Made by a program: the position numbers and the translations under genes. DNA of 64,000 nucleotides from Eledone cirrhosa (Eukaryota), in contig OZ024746.1 in assembly GCA_964016885.1 (NCBI GenBank), forward strand, positions 43,772,001 through 43,836,000. The letters are read 5' to 3'. The notes beneath the pieces are model-generated. The model was not told the DNA's origin. It saw only the letters and a list, made by a program, of their open reading frames with translations, and ran no database searches. Positions within the stretch are counted from its first letter, which is position 1; each line of letters opens with the position of its first letter. Shown here piece after piece: positions 38,601 to 52,751 of this stretch.

Positions 38601-39466
38601 GAAATGTTCATGTGAAACCTTTATGGCTTTTCCAAAAAGAAAATAGTTCAAATACAACTAAAACAAGACAAATTTAATTTTAGATTTTACTGCCTTATTT
38701 TGGTACATTTTAGAGTCACTCATAAATATTGTAGTTCTCTTAGGTTCTGCTATCATTGAGGAGGTTATCTATAAAAGGTATTCACTTCCATTTTATTCTA
38801 TGGGAGAAATATACATGATAGTTTGAATAATCTTACTTTCTATCACTGCAAGACAAAGAAGTATAGGTAAATAGGAAGAGGAACTTTAAACAATTGTGAA
38901 CATATGGGTAACATATGATCATGGAGGAAATGCCTTCAATCTTAAATGTTTGATAAATCAGAGCTGGTGTGATGTTGAGTAACAAGTGTACAACCGATGT
39001 CACCTCACATGCACATATTGACATTGATCTCACCATCCATTTTCCATGCTAGCATGGGTTGAATTCATTATTATCTGTAATGTTGGATGTGAAGGGAAGA
39101 CATACATAATGACATGGCAAATATTGTAGGCAGGCAATATTCAAATGTATGTAATTACTGCTTATATGAAAGCAACATAACATATCATATAGATGTTAAA
39201 ATACAGAATGCAGCAAGATTACATATGCATATTTCTACATTTTAACATGCATATATAAACAATCACAGCATTGAAATGTTACATACATAAATATATGCCA
39301 AGTAGTGCTTCAAAACAATTCTCCACATAATGCTTGGTATGGACATTTAAATACAGTTGAAGAAAGGAAAGCAATCTGAAAGAAAAGAATACCCAACCTA
39401 CGAACAACTATGAATTTAAGTGTGACAAAGTATCACCATCTATATTAAGAATGACAGACAAATAAT

Positions 39467-39626
39467 TGTTTCTTTTGGCACAAGGTAAACAATAACCCAG
39501 TACATTACTGATACTTTATTTTATCGACCCTGTAAGGATGAAAGGCAAAGTTAACCTCGGCGGGATTTGAACTCAGAATGGCAAGGGCCGTAACCCCATG
39601 CATCAAAGCATGGTGTCCAACCCTCT
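39467..39626 (-). mobile_element. SINE family A, 5'-truncated
   Basis: Body and B box; TSD acaaataat at 39458-39466 and 39627-39635. Confidence 0.9.
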
Positions 39627-42600
39627 ACAAATAATAGTGATGAGACAAAATCAACATGGTGAAAAGTATAAGTTTCTTTTGACCTAATCGTGATTACAAT
39701 CATACAACATTAATAAAGATTTATAAGAAGCATATACAATCTTAGCCTAAACAATTCGATTTTATCCAAAGGTTAAAAGATCTATGGAATTTCAAACATC
39801 CAGAATTAAACCTTAGCTTAAAACACCTAAACAAACAGATAAAACATTATTAGGTGTAAAGAGATTCATAAAACTGAAGCATCATATTCAAACCTGGCTC
39901 ATGGTGAAAGGACACTGAAGCTAGTGGTGAATGGGCACATAGCTCTCCTACTATCATTAACAAACATTGCAATATCAACATCAATAAGCAGAGGCAGGAC
40001 TACTGAAGCTATTAGTAATCAACAAATCCCTTTTCCCAAGACCAGCAACATTTTAGCTGTTTCTTTTTCTTTTATTTATATTCTAAAATCATTGACTGAA
40101 GACACATAAGTGTATATATGAAAAGAAAGTAATGCCTGTTAGTCAAGGCATTTCCACAGTGCATATGTATACTCTCCTCCTTGGTGATGGAGGTGGGTAT
40201 GATGATGATGAGAATGTGAGGATGATTCTGAACCTAAATGACCCTGCACTGCTGATTTCCTCCATAAAGTAGCAAAGATAGTGGCCTGCTTGAGGAGAGG
40301 TGGTGGCTACAGCAGCAAGTGTCTCTGGGGTAATGCTTTTGTTGCTTTGCTCTGGGTGATGGTGGGGGAGGCTCTGCCCAGATTGGGGTGTAGTGACTGT
40401 CCCTCCCCCATCTTTTGTTGATTGATCCTTCTTTAGCTCCTTTTCATTTTCTGTTCCCTTTAGTAGTGTGTTTTGCTTTTATTAGATACTGGTCAATTAT
40501 TTTTATATGATGTCAGTGGCCTTTCATGGTATTGTAAGATTTTGTATATTGAATAACTGATGAACATATATATAAAAAAACACAATTATATATTGTCTTT
40601 TTAAAGTATCCAAAATGTTAAGCATCTTTTTGTCTTCACATCATAAAGTTTATTTCAGTTTTATTAAATGAATAACTACTTTCTTCAGATTGTAGCGTTT
40701 TACTAAAATATGTGTTTAAAAATCATGAATTTTAACATATTTTTTTGTTATAATATTAGATATTAATTTTTGATTTTAAAATCAGATTTTTTCAGAACAA
40801 AACTATTCACACAGACTAAAGACAAAATATGTATCCTAGCAAAATTTAAAAAATCACCAATTTTAACACATTTCAGTGATCGTGTTATAAAATCAAAAAC
40901 TAATTTAAAATATTTTAATCACATTCATCCAGAAAAAAAATTAAAAATCCATGCACAGACAAAAGCCGTAATTTAAAACTCAAAGTATTTTCTTAATTTA
41001 ATTAAAATCTAATTGTATTGTTGAAATGACTTTTGTTAATAGATGGTTGTCACTGAACTTATAAGGATCATGTACCATTTGAATTCTTTGTGTTTCAGGC
41101 AGCTGATTTTATCAGTAATCAATTTGGCAAATTAAGTATTAAGCAAGATAAAGGAATATTCTATTCATTTTGGGAGACAAAACTGAAACATTAATGAGTA
41201 ATTGTTTAGAATTAATTTTTGTTTCAAACAAAAGTAATTTTTTAAATTGTTAATGTTAAGAATCTAAAATACTTCTGGCTTCTTATTTCCAATATTACTA
41301 GACAAATAGATTCAATTCAGCTTTTTTCTCTGACTTTATCAATAAATCATAATTTCATAACCTTAATAGGGAATTTATAAATTATTCTTCCAAAATCCCC
41401 CAAAACTAGTAGATATGAATTTACTTAAAATCAGTTTCATTTCATCTAGGTTTTACATGTATCGATTTTTGAAAATAAGTGTGCTCTTAACATCATAATT
41501 GATTTTATGTTAGGAGTTCATTATTTGTTTTCGATTAGCAATAAATAGAAAAACTATGTAATGGTTTTACGATGGAAATCCTTTAAATGTATTTACATTA
41601 TAAATAAGAAGCATATATTATATTCTTGACACAAAAGTGAGATGAATAATGACAGATGGATTGAAATCAAACGAAAAAAATGATTTTGGAATGTTATCAA
41701 ATTAAAAATGTGATTTAAAAATATGTTTACATTATACAGGATTAATGTAAAAAAGAAATAAACAAAAATAATATGGATTTTGAAACAGCCCAAAACAGAA
41801 AATTGACAGAAAAATATGTAGAAAGAAAGATATATCAAATTATAAATATGAATATTGACTACATTATAAATGGTGTTCTGGACCAGAAAACTATATCATA
41901 GTCTTCAAATTATAAATGAAGCAGACAAAGAAGATTAACTTCTATTTTAGTAAAAAGTGTATTATAACCCATACATGGAAAAACGAATGTAAAACAGTGA
42001 TGATGATGTTACCATCATCCTTTTTATTTTTGCTTTTGTGGGCAGATGACCTTGGGACCTTATGAAGACTATCTTGGTGGTAGATGCAGGCTTTGTAAGC
42101 CACACACAGAGAAGGCAGCCCCCAACCATATAAAGCTTGCAAAACAAAACGTCAGGAGGATTTGTCAGCTGCGACAAAGATATAATTGGTGCCACAATAA
42201 ATGCACACAACAGGAATGTAAGTAAGTGAGATGCAGAACCCCAGCCCATCTAAGCAATCAGTAGCTCAGCTTGTGTGTTGATCCAGTCTGAGGTAACCCA
42301 CCCAACACTTGCCAGTGTATTATATAAGTATTATATATTCTCAAAAATAAGTAGTACTGTTTTTACGATAAAATTAGGAACGAAAACCATATGTGACACA
42401 TTTATTAATCTTGAACACCCACACATACACACCAAATGTCTTTATAAAGAATGTGAGTTATGTTAATATTCACTCTTTATAAATATCAGCATAAGAAACA
42501 AATATACCGTATGTCAAATTATAGAAGTGAATATTGATTAAACTAGCCAAGAATTCTAACAGTACCCCCAACCAAGGGGGAGGGGAGCTGTGTGGGCAGC

Positions 42601-43180
42601 AGTCTAAGTGTAAACCAGGAAATCATTAGTGTTAAACCTCAATTATTTAACAAAAGGGTTGACTTATTTGCTACTTGCCCACACCTAACGTCAGGAAACT
42701 TTTCAAGAGGATATAGAAAGTAAGAATGTATGGAAGAGTTCTAATTAGAAACTCTCCATTAGTAACATCACCTTTTACACCCCACTAAGTGACTAGCATA
42801 ACACTCTGGAGAATTAAGTATACCTAACTCTTGGACCACCTGGATACAACATGATAATGATTCAATAGTCTGATGCCAACAAATGACAAAATGTACAATC
42901 TGAAAAGTATGAGCTGATAAACTAGGGACTGCCCTAAGTATCAACAAAATAATAAATTAAGAAGAGAATATTGTGAAGGGTATAAGGAAAAAAGATTGTG
43001 CTAATAGAAACCATCTCCAAATATAGACCGACGAAAGGCCATGCTCTAAGTTATGTGAACAAGGAAATACATATCTGGGTAACCCCATATACTAACTGAG
43101 TGGTGAAGAAGCAACACTTAATTCCACCAGCTGGTATATTGGATAGATACTCACATCACTAATAATTATATAAGCAATAT

Positions 43181-43245
43181 ACTATCTGATGAGATCGTGT
43201 CTGATTATTACATAACAGCTGCCATCGAAATACATATCATGAGAT
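43181..43245 (+). ncRNA. Hammerhead-like motif with intact core
   Basis: CTGATGA-GATcgtgtctg..cagctgccATC-GAAA-TAcaTATC; stem I weak. Confidence 0.5.
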
Positions 43246-45875
43246 TAGGTAATAAATAGAATGTGATGTAGTTAACATACTGTCTTCTAATTCAATACTA
43301 TAATAATATCCCAGCATGCACAGACCATTATATATTATATATGTATGTATATGTATAATATATCTATATCTATCTATTTTTGTATGTATATATATATATG
43401 TGTGTGTGTGTGTGTTTGCATGCACGCACACACCATATGTATATTTACAGAGATTAACAGACAGAAAGAAAACTATTAATCTAATAAATGATATATGTCA
43501 TGGTTTCTTTCATTCACAATGAAAGAATTAAGAAGTCTCTGTTAGTTCACTTAAAGAAGATTGTCAGTCATCATAAAAGGTTAGTTTCATGATACACTTC
43601 ATGAAAGCAGAATACATCATACTACAGGAGAGAAAATACTATAACATCGAAAAGTTATTTCATATGAAAAGGTGCTGTGTTAATAAGGCAAGAGTTTTTT
43701 TTATGAAGGTTGAAAAATGGTACGACTTTTGTCTCGATGTTGGTGCCAGAAAAGTGTAAATTATATAAAACTTAGAGTGAGAGTGTTTTGAATGAATGAT
43801 TTAATATACTTTACACTCCCAAAGGAATTCTCATCAGCCTCATTGATATAAATAATGTCTATGGGTTAAATTGATTTAGGTACAGGTTAATAGTTTCAAA
43901 TTTTTACTGCTTGGTGTGGCTATTTGGCTGAATTATTGTTTCAGTAGGCAGTTAGTCTGGGAATGCCTATTTGTTCTCCACACACGAGTAGGCAGTAAGT
44001 AGCTCTTATGGCTTGCACACATTTTAACAGGGATTTTTCTTTTATTGTAGAATGCACATCCATTTCCCTCACCTAACAAAGCAAGATGGTGTTAGTTTAA
44101 TTATTGGTAAGTTAATCTTGGAACAGGCAATACTGGCTTTTGTGTTACCAGTAAGAGATTGAAAATTTACATTCTATTAAATATAAAGAATTTTGTAAGC
44201 CTGTTATAATTCATATTAGAATAAATAAAAGAGGTGGAAACACAATTGTTTTGCAATTTTAATAAAATGTTTAATTTTATTCGGTGATATTTGTAAAACA
44301 AATTAATCTAGATTTTTTATTTCATTTAAAAGATTTCTAATCTGTTTGGCACACATTGCCTAATTACTGATTGAGTATGATTCCTGTATTGATTATGAAT
44401 ACATATTAATAAATAATAGTTTAAATAATTGTTATTTTAGCAATCAATTATGAAAGATATGCTTCAAGGAAATAAAATAAAAATTAGAAAATTAATCAAT
44501 TAAGTAGATTATAATCTGAAAGTACTCACTGCCACTTAGAAATCATTAATCCTCACCTCATAATATTGACAAAATTCATTATTTGCTAATATGCTCTATC
44601 TAGAATGAGGTGCTGTATATTCTGTAGAGTTATTTTCAAATTAAAATAAGAGATACCTTATATAAAATACAATATTTTAAAATTGTCTTGAAATGTTTTA
44701 CAATTATTAATTTAATACTTATATTTAAAAATAATTTTGAAACTTAATATTTTCCTATGAATAAATTCATAGAATTACATATTCATTTTGCATATAAATA
44801 GAATCATCCAAAACATAACACACATAATATCATCAATTTATTATATTGATGAATTTTTAATACAATTTCACCCGTGGCATACATTTTTTAACAAAAACAT
44901 TATTATAAATATAAAATCAATAGCATTTTGTTTAAACAAAAGCCATTCCCTTGAATAGCAAAATTATTTCTTCATAAATTCATAGTTCTTTGTAGACTGA
45001 AGTTATCATAATTTTTGCCTCTTGGGCCACTCAAGCCACTGCCACTTAAAATACAATTTAAATCAACTCATAGATTTTTGCATCGAAAGCCTTCTTACAA
45101 TCAGCAGGAACAAACGATGTCCTGGAAAACCAGAATAAAATTTCTGTGGAATGTACTTCTTATATATGTTTTACTAACAATAGATAACTATCAAAAAATC
45201 AAATACAATATGAATTATATTATTTTCAATTAGGATTCCTGATTTTCAAAATTACATTGATTTTATTTGTTTTATTCTATAATGATTTTTCATTGAATTA
45301 ATTTTAATATCTTCAAAGATGTTCTGTTTAGTTTCAAACTCAACATGTTTGCTAAAGATATTGGTAGCTTTAATAAAACTTTAATGACATTTTGTTATAT
45401 GTACTAGACTACTAAGATCATTATCGTTATCTCTCTTTCAATAATGTAGCATATGGAAATCATTTGTCCTGTTTCAGGTCATATTACTACACAATCAGTA
45501 GAATACAAACTCATTAACAACAGATATCATATTCATCTGGAAATTAGGTTCCCTTCTTATTTGGATGGGTAAAAATCCTTGAAGAGTTTGTGCATATGTA
45601 CCCATGTGCATGTGTTTCTTTTTGTGCAATATGCAATATAGTTAGCTACTGAAGGCTTCATAAATCAGTCATATAAACTCGGCAAGTTTGTTATGCTGTT
45701 TTATTTGACTAGACAGCATAAAGAAACATTTTAATGCTCCTTAGTTTAAAATGATAAAAGAGGTAAAAAGAAAAATGAAATATTCAGATCCAGCACTATA
45801 AATAATTAATTATTCAGTGCAATCAGATATTCTCCAAGTAATCCACTATTTTAACTAATTCCTAAGTAAATGAAC

Positions 45876-45906
<31 letters not shown>

Positions 45907-46227
45907 AAATATTCCAATAATTCTCTTTTATTAACAATTATAAATCTATTTAATTTTCAGTAATTATAGTCATTCGCTCCTCCACATCTAAGATTTCAAC
46001 TCACATTATGCTTAATAACTTATTTGTTATATTTCAGATATATTAAATAATTATGAATGCTCATAAACCAACTGAAGTTTTCTTATATTATTTTTCTAGT
46101 TTTATTTGTTAGACTATGACCATACTGCCTTAAAAATATTTAAATGACATAATCTTGAAGTCTTTAAGTCTTTTATTTTATTGAGCTCTTTTTGTTGAAC
46201 TGCTAAGTTACAGACATAACCCTCCCA

Positions 46228-46435
46228 CATATACAGACACATACAACTTGGAAAAGTCACACTTGTTGGTCATCACTTCCATTCCCCCAACCACTCTACT
46301 CAATACCTCTCTGCTTCAGACATCATTTTATGCTATGTATCTCCAGCCAATCACACCAGGTCTGAGCAGAAATTAAACTTTTGCTTTGGAACTTCTTTCC
46401 CAACTAGACAATTCCCAGCTACAGTTTTATAACCT
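46228..46435 (+). mobile_element. Penelope-like GIY-YIG endonuclease C-terminal fragment
   Basis: IQLGKVTLVGHHFHSPNHSTQYLS...RSEQKLNFCFGTSFP matches the PLE VxxHF...H...E..LIF.LGT..P pattern. Confidence 0.7.
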
Positions 46436-49400
46436 CCCTTTATCCTTGATCTCGCACACAAGCACACGCACATAAACACAAATAACTCCAGCCACCACAC
46501 AATACACACTCACTTTCACAACAACTGTTTATACCACCTAACACACATATATATACCTCTGCACACACATAACCCACAAATTCCTATTCACACGCATGCA
46601 TATCCACCCTATTGAACCCTTTAGTCCTATCATGCATATGTAGTTTTCTAGGCACAAAACTTGCATACACACACATACAGTTCCATCATATACCCATACG
46701 TCTGCATCCACAGTCATAACACCATCTCCCAACCCCCTACATATGTGCGTGCATATGCACACCATCAAACCACCATAACACACATTCCAAGCCTCTCGCT
46801 TGAGGGTGCATCTGTGTTTGTAACTGCTGTGTACACGTCTGTGTTTGAGTAGTACCCAGTGCTGGAGCTGTGTCCCTGTCAGTGTTAAATGTTTCCCCAC
46901 CTTTACCACTTCTTGGCTCTATCCACCTCCATGTATGAAATGGCTCTACGTTTAGTAGTTCAGCTGTTGTACCATCATATCGTGGAACCCAAAGCCACAC
47001 AGTTTCTCTTACAACAATAACATGAAACGAAATATATAAGGCTACAATCGTATTTGCTACTTTCTCCTTTTCTAGACAACCTTTTGCAACTACTTCTATG
47101 TGTGTGTGTACATGCAGAATTTTAGATATATACTTGCACACCTCCCTGCATTAGTCAGCTGACATATTCATTCACCCATACCTCTACACTCACACAGCAC
47201 CCAACTCCAATAGGGTCCCTTTTGCACAGACAAATGAACAAACCTAAACATGAACACACAGACTCTCATGATGATGATGATGGTGGCAGTAGTGATGGTG
47301 GTGGTGCTGTGTTGTTTGGTTTGTCGTTTCTGATTTTGTTTTACATACACACACATATTGTCGTCTTAACATCCACTTTCCCTGCTAGCAAGGGTTACGA
47401 TGGGTGTCCATTCATTCCATTTACCAAATTACACCCACAAGGAATTGATCCACCCAATGTGATAGTAGTAGATGTCTGCCTAAAATGTCATGCAATGGGA
47501 CTCAATAGCACATGGTTATGAAGCAAACTCATTAATTATATACCTGCAAATATATACATTGATAAAATAAACTAATTTATGTATTTTCTCAAAATATGTT
47601 TATTATATATTCAGCTAATTGTGGTTTTATATAAAAGGATGTCCATAATATTCCTTTTTCCATATAATGCTGATTCTTACAGATAGGCTTAACAAAAGCA
47701 GCCATCAAGTTTTCTATTAGTCCATAATGCTTCAGAAATAACAACTGTTAAATGTTGCAAAACATTAAATAACATTTTTAATGTTTTTCATTTATAAATA
47801 TTCTGACTTCCTTTTTCATGACACCCTATTATAATTATCTTATTATATACACTGATTCTTCCAAAATCCCTTTTGATTTTGAAATATCATCTTTTCTTAA
47901 AGCTAAGCATAGCTCAGCTTGCACATTGTTATACCGGGATAAATAATAATGACAATGCATTAAATATTAACCCTACAAAGTTTTAATTAGCTTTCCAAGG
48001 CATATAAATAGATATTAATAAAGTATTAGTTTGAATAGATAAATTCTGGCACATATTCATTTAATACAAATTACTTGATAAAATTGAATTGTTATCATCA
48101 TTCAGTCTTAGGAATCTATACATACAATCTGATAAAATTGTGTAAATCAGGATTGTTATCAAGAATTGCTTATAAAACTGTAATAATTGGATAATCAAAG
48201 GATTAATATATTGAAAGTAACCATTAAGCCATCTCTTACAAATCATAATATGTTAACTGCTTTTGAGCTACTGTTTCAATATGCTGGCAAGATGACAGTA
48301 CATTAAATGAATTAGACTAGTTTTCTTTTGCTTTTCGCTACAATGTTAACAAGAAGTGAGTAACATAAATGCTAAGCTCCTGATGAAATAAGTCTGCAAA
48401 TCAAACTGAATTTGTGTTCTTCATGTTTTACTTATTTCCTATAAAGGATTTAAGAGAAGCATGAGTTATGGAGCTCTCATTTCGCTATCAACTGATACCA
48501 ATTATGCTGAGAACATGTTAAATAATTGTTTCTGTTTAACAGAAGTGTGATGTGGAGTGAAACATTTATTCTTTCATATTATCATGATAATACAGACTGT
48601 ATTCTAAAATATATTCCTTATGTGCCAAGCACCCAGAGGCCACTCAAGGTTATGTGTGAAGACATTGGCAGCAGGATTTCAGATGTGATCAGTGATGAAA
48701 TCAAATAAACCAAACTTTGGCATTGTATCACAATGGTGTCATACAAATGACCCATCATGTTGGACAATGGATAAGATCTAAACATTCTGAGTTAGCTGGA
48801 TATTGCAAAAACTCAAAGAGTAGTGCATTGTGTTCCCTACTATTCGCGCAACCAAAACCACTAGGGGCATCCCACTGGATGACTGAAGATAAAATAGGAT
48901 TATATGTTTCAATTAATTTTGAAAATATTCACTATTTGAGAGATTTAGTAAAATTACTCTTCTATTACTATTATTAATTTGGTGCTGAAAACATATCTTA
49001 AAACATTTTTGTATAAAACTATGATGGAGAGTTTTAATTAAAGTCTGAACACTTTAAAATATCCATATTTCATACAGTTGCTGTAAATAAGGCAACTATT
49101 GTGCCTTATATATAGGAAATGGTGGTTAATTTTTAACTCAGTCTTTCGAATTCAAATAGCTAATTAAAAGATTTATAAAATGTATATTATTTTTTATATT
49201 AATTGCCAATGCTAAAATTAAATTCAAATTTCAAAAGAAATTAATTTCAGCATGAAAACACAAAAATAAGATTTCGCTGTTTTATTTTAATTGCTTCATA
49301 TTTTTATAGAACTGAAATAAATAAAGTATTTTAATTTTTTATAGTATTGTTTATTATTTACAAAAAATTAATTTTAATGAACAAAACTTTTACTAATGCA

Positions 49401-51905
49401 GAGTATTATTTAAAGGTATTCAACAACCCAAACTATAAAATATACAACATGAATGTCCCATAAAAGGAAAACTAAGTAACAAAACTTAAAAATGAAACAA
49501 ATATTTAAAACATTGAAATTCCTTCAAAATGTATCAACTCTTCTCTCCAATATTAACTCCTTATAGTTTAGCTCAAAACATTTTCAGTAGTGTTATACAG
49601 GGCATATAGTAATAAGAATTAGTTTTAATTAATGAGTTATTCAGTTATTTCTTCCTTATTTTAAGTATCAACAGATCTTAGAGATTTTATTATCATTATT
49701 TATTATTTTACCTGTTTAACTGGAAGAAAAAAAGAAACTTTACAAATATCTGAGTTTTGTGAAAAGATAATTAATAACAGAAAATTGGTTGTTTACTTCT
49801 CTACAGATATGACAAAACTAATTAACTTTCTAATTTTTGAATATGAAATAAAAATAATATAAATGCTTTCTTACACATCTTATGTTTTCAGTTTGAGGTT
49901 TTGTGAAATTTTTATCTATACAGAGACTACCAATTTAATTTATATATAAGTTAAACAGTGAGTGGGCATTGCGTATTATCTGCTTTAAAAACTCATTTGA
50001 TTATTTGTTAATAAGAACATCTCTATATTTCCATCTACCTTTTAGATTTTTCATCCAATCAAGCAAATTCATGTACATCCATGCAGTACAATCAGTACAA
50101 ATTTTTTAATAATTTAAGATATTCATTACATTGCAAAAATTCCATCATTACATTGTCCATTTGATGTCAAATGAATAAATCTATTACATGTTATCAGACT
50201 CAAAGACAATGGGTTTGGTGGGGATGTGAAGTTTCTATCACCAACCAATTTACAAAGTGCACTGGGTATGTTTATTGAGTAGAATACCACTACTAGAAAG
50301 GTTATTGTGCAGTTAATGCAACTGAAGGGTCCATTCAACCTTTTTAGCATTGTTTCAACAGAGAGGTACATTTTCTATCACTAATCACCAGATGTACTGC
50401 ATGTATTTTCATGGCACTAACACTTTGTCTGTATTTATATATATATATATGTGTGTGTGTGTGTAAATATAATGTATACATATGTAAGTGTGTATATAAA
50501 TTTATCTAAGTGTATGTATATGTATAAATACTTTTTAATATATTACATAGATTCATGAAAAAAATTATTACAACCAAGTTTCAAGTGAGATATTAACATG
50601 CAAATATCTAGTGGTTTTGATGGTCCACCAAGAAAAAGACATCCCAATGCATTGAACACATGACTAAACAACTTACTAATTGGATTACCATGCTGTTAAC
50701 AATTGAATAATTAATTATCTGCTACTTGTAGCACTAGCCATATCAAACTGAAACAAGTGGAAATTTCCAAATCAGTGTGATTTATTTTTTCAAATTAAAT
50801 TTTAGAGAGAGATTCTAGTTTTATTAAAAATTATTCTAGAAAATAATATATTTACAAACTTATTACATGAAAAGTAGTTTCAATGAAAAGTTGTTTTGAT
50901 AAAACTTTATTTTAATAAAATGTCATTTGATGAAATGTCTGTTCAAAATAGGTTTTTTGAATAAAAAAAATCTCAATAAATATTGTTCCATCACACACAC
51001 GCCATATACTTTGTTTTTGAATTTGTTTTGCAGTATTTTTTATGTGAAATCGTGTATTAAAACATTGCTATACTTTGGAAGAGTCATGCTACCAGTAAAA
51101 ACACATGTACCAGTTGAGTTTTACTTCAGTTTAGTATTAGTTGAGTTAGTAATCCCTTCAGCAGTTAGTTTATTAATATGGGTGTGTGTAAATAATCGTG
51201 AGGGGAAAATTCTGGTGTTTTAGGTACGAGAGAGAGAGAGATTAAAAAGATAAGTTCTTTCAGAATAGAGTATAGGGCAAAAAGAAAAGAATTGTGTATG
51301 ATAGTCACATATGGACTGACTTAAACATTTGTCACCTGTCAAATTATCAATCAATATTTTTATATTACATATACTGTTTTGTTTGGCTAGTCATTTTAAA
51401 AACAAATAGGAAAGTCCTTTTAAGTATTTAGGACATACATCTATTTAGATTTGTTAGAACGTACATATTCTACTGTTATGTATTTATTTTTATTGATTTA
51501 TTTACTTATTTTTGGCAATAGCAATAGCAATTTTAGAATTACTAGTTTGATTAGCAGCTTGAAGAATACTGCAATTATATATAGAATGTTCTCTGCTTAT
51601 TGACCTTTTATAAAAGAAAAACTGACTTTGTGTAACTAAAAGATGTATATGGATTCAAAGCAAAACTACAAGAGCTCTATTTGTGTTTCAAGTTTACAAG
51701 CTAAGCATCCAATAAAAAATTTGTTCTTAGACAAATGGCATATATTACCTCCATATTTTCTGCATACATAAAAATTTAGTTTTCATTCAGAAAACTTGAC
51801 ATATTACTTTTCGAAATTAATCAATGAGCAGAGAAATATATATATTTAAAAAAATCTAAATATTTGTAAGTTTACTTAAATGAGAAGGTCTAGTCATATA
51901 ATAAT

Positions 51906-52096
51906 TGTTTCTTCTTTTGGCACAAGGCCAGCAATTATCCAGTGTATTACTGGTGCTTTATTTTATCGACCCCCTCCAAGGATGAAAAGCTAAGTTAACC
52001 TCGGCGAGATTTGAACTCAGACCTTAAAAGGTCGCAACTCTTTGCTGCAAAGCATGGCGTCAGACCCTCTACTAATACTGTCAATCCACTGCCCTT
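51906..52096 (-). mobile_element. Full-length SINE family A
   Basis: A and B boxes plus body; TSD tctagtcatataataat at 51889-51905 and 52111-52127, with an extra copy at 52097-52111. Confidence 0.92.
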
Positions 52097-52725
52097 TAGT
52101 CATATAATAATCTAGTCATATAATAATGATTTTTAATTTGTAAATATATAATTGCTATAGAAAAAAACATTACATTTATGAATAATGAATGAGTTTACCA
52201 GATATTTGATTTAAAAATCTTTTTATACACTTTATAAATGTATACAAAAAATATATATTCAAATCAGAAAAGCATACAGAATAAGGAAGAGTTTCAAGAA
52301 TAACTTACTCTGTATTGCTATATTTTATCTGAGGTACTCAGTATCCAATATCCATAGTACTTCTGTCTTTTAATATTTTATTCTATGTCATTCAATTGAC
52401 TCATTTATATAATTGGCTTACTTTTTTATTATTGATTATAGAGAAAACTAAAGTTATGCTCCGAGAAAGCATTCATAAAATATATAGTTTCTATTGTACT
52501 GCAGTGAGACTTAGTAATTCTACTCAGCAAGCATTGCAAATTGGCTGCTTCTGTTGCTTGAAATTGGCAAGTGATATGTGCCAAAGTAAAATTATTGCCA
52601 AGAAAAATTGACTTTTGAGCTCAATATAATCTTATTAGTTTAGATTTAAGCTAGGTCAGCAAGGCATCAAATAAGATACATTTCATTTTATTACCTAAAT
52701 ACGTTTCATTATCTGTTTTAACTTA

Positions 52726-52751
52726 CTGGCCTTGTGCCTAAAGTAGAAACA
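52726..52751 (+). mobile_element. 26-bp 5'-truncated SINE family A insertion
   Basis: CTGGCCTTGTGCCTAAAGTAGAAACA between perfect 18-bp TSDs (52708-52725, 52752-52769). Confidence 0.85.

Noticed and set aside
46538-47521. ORFs of 99-134 aa
   Set aside because: Derived from CA/GT- and GAT-rich low-complexity sequence
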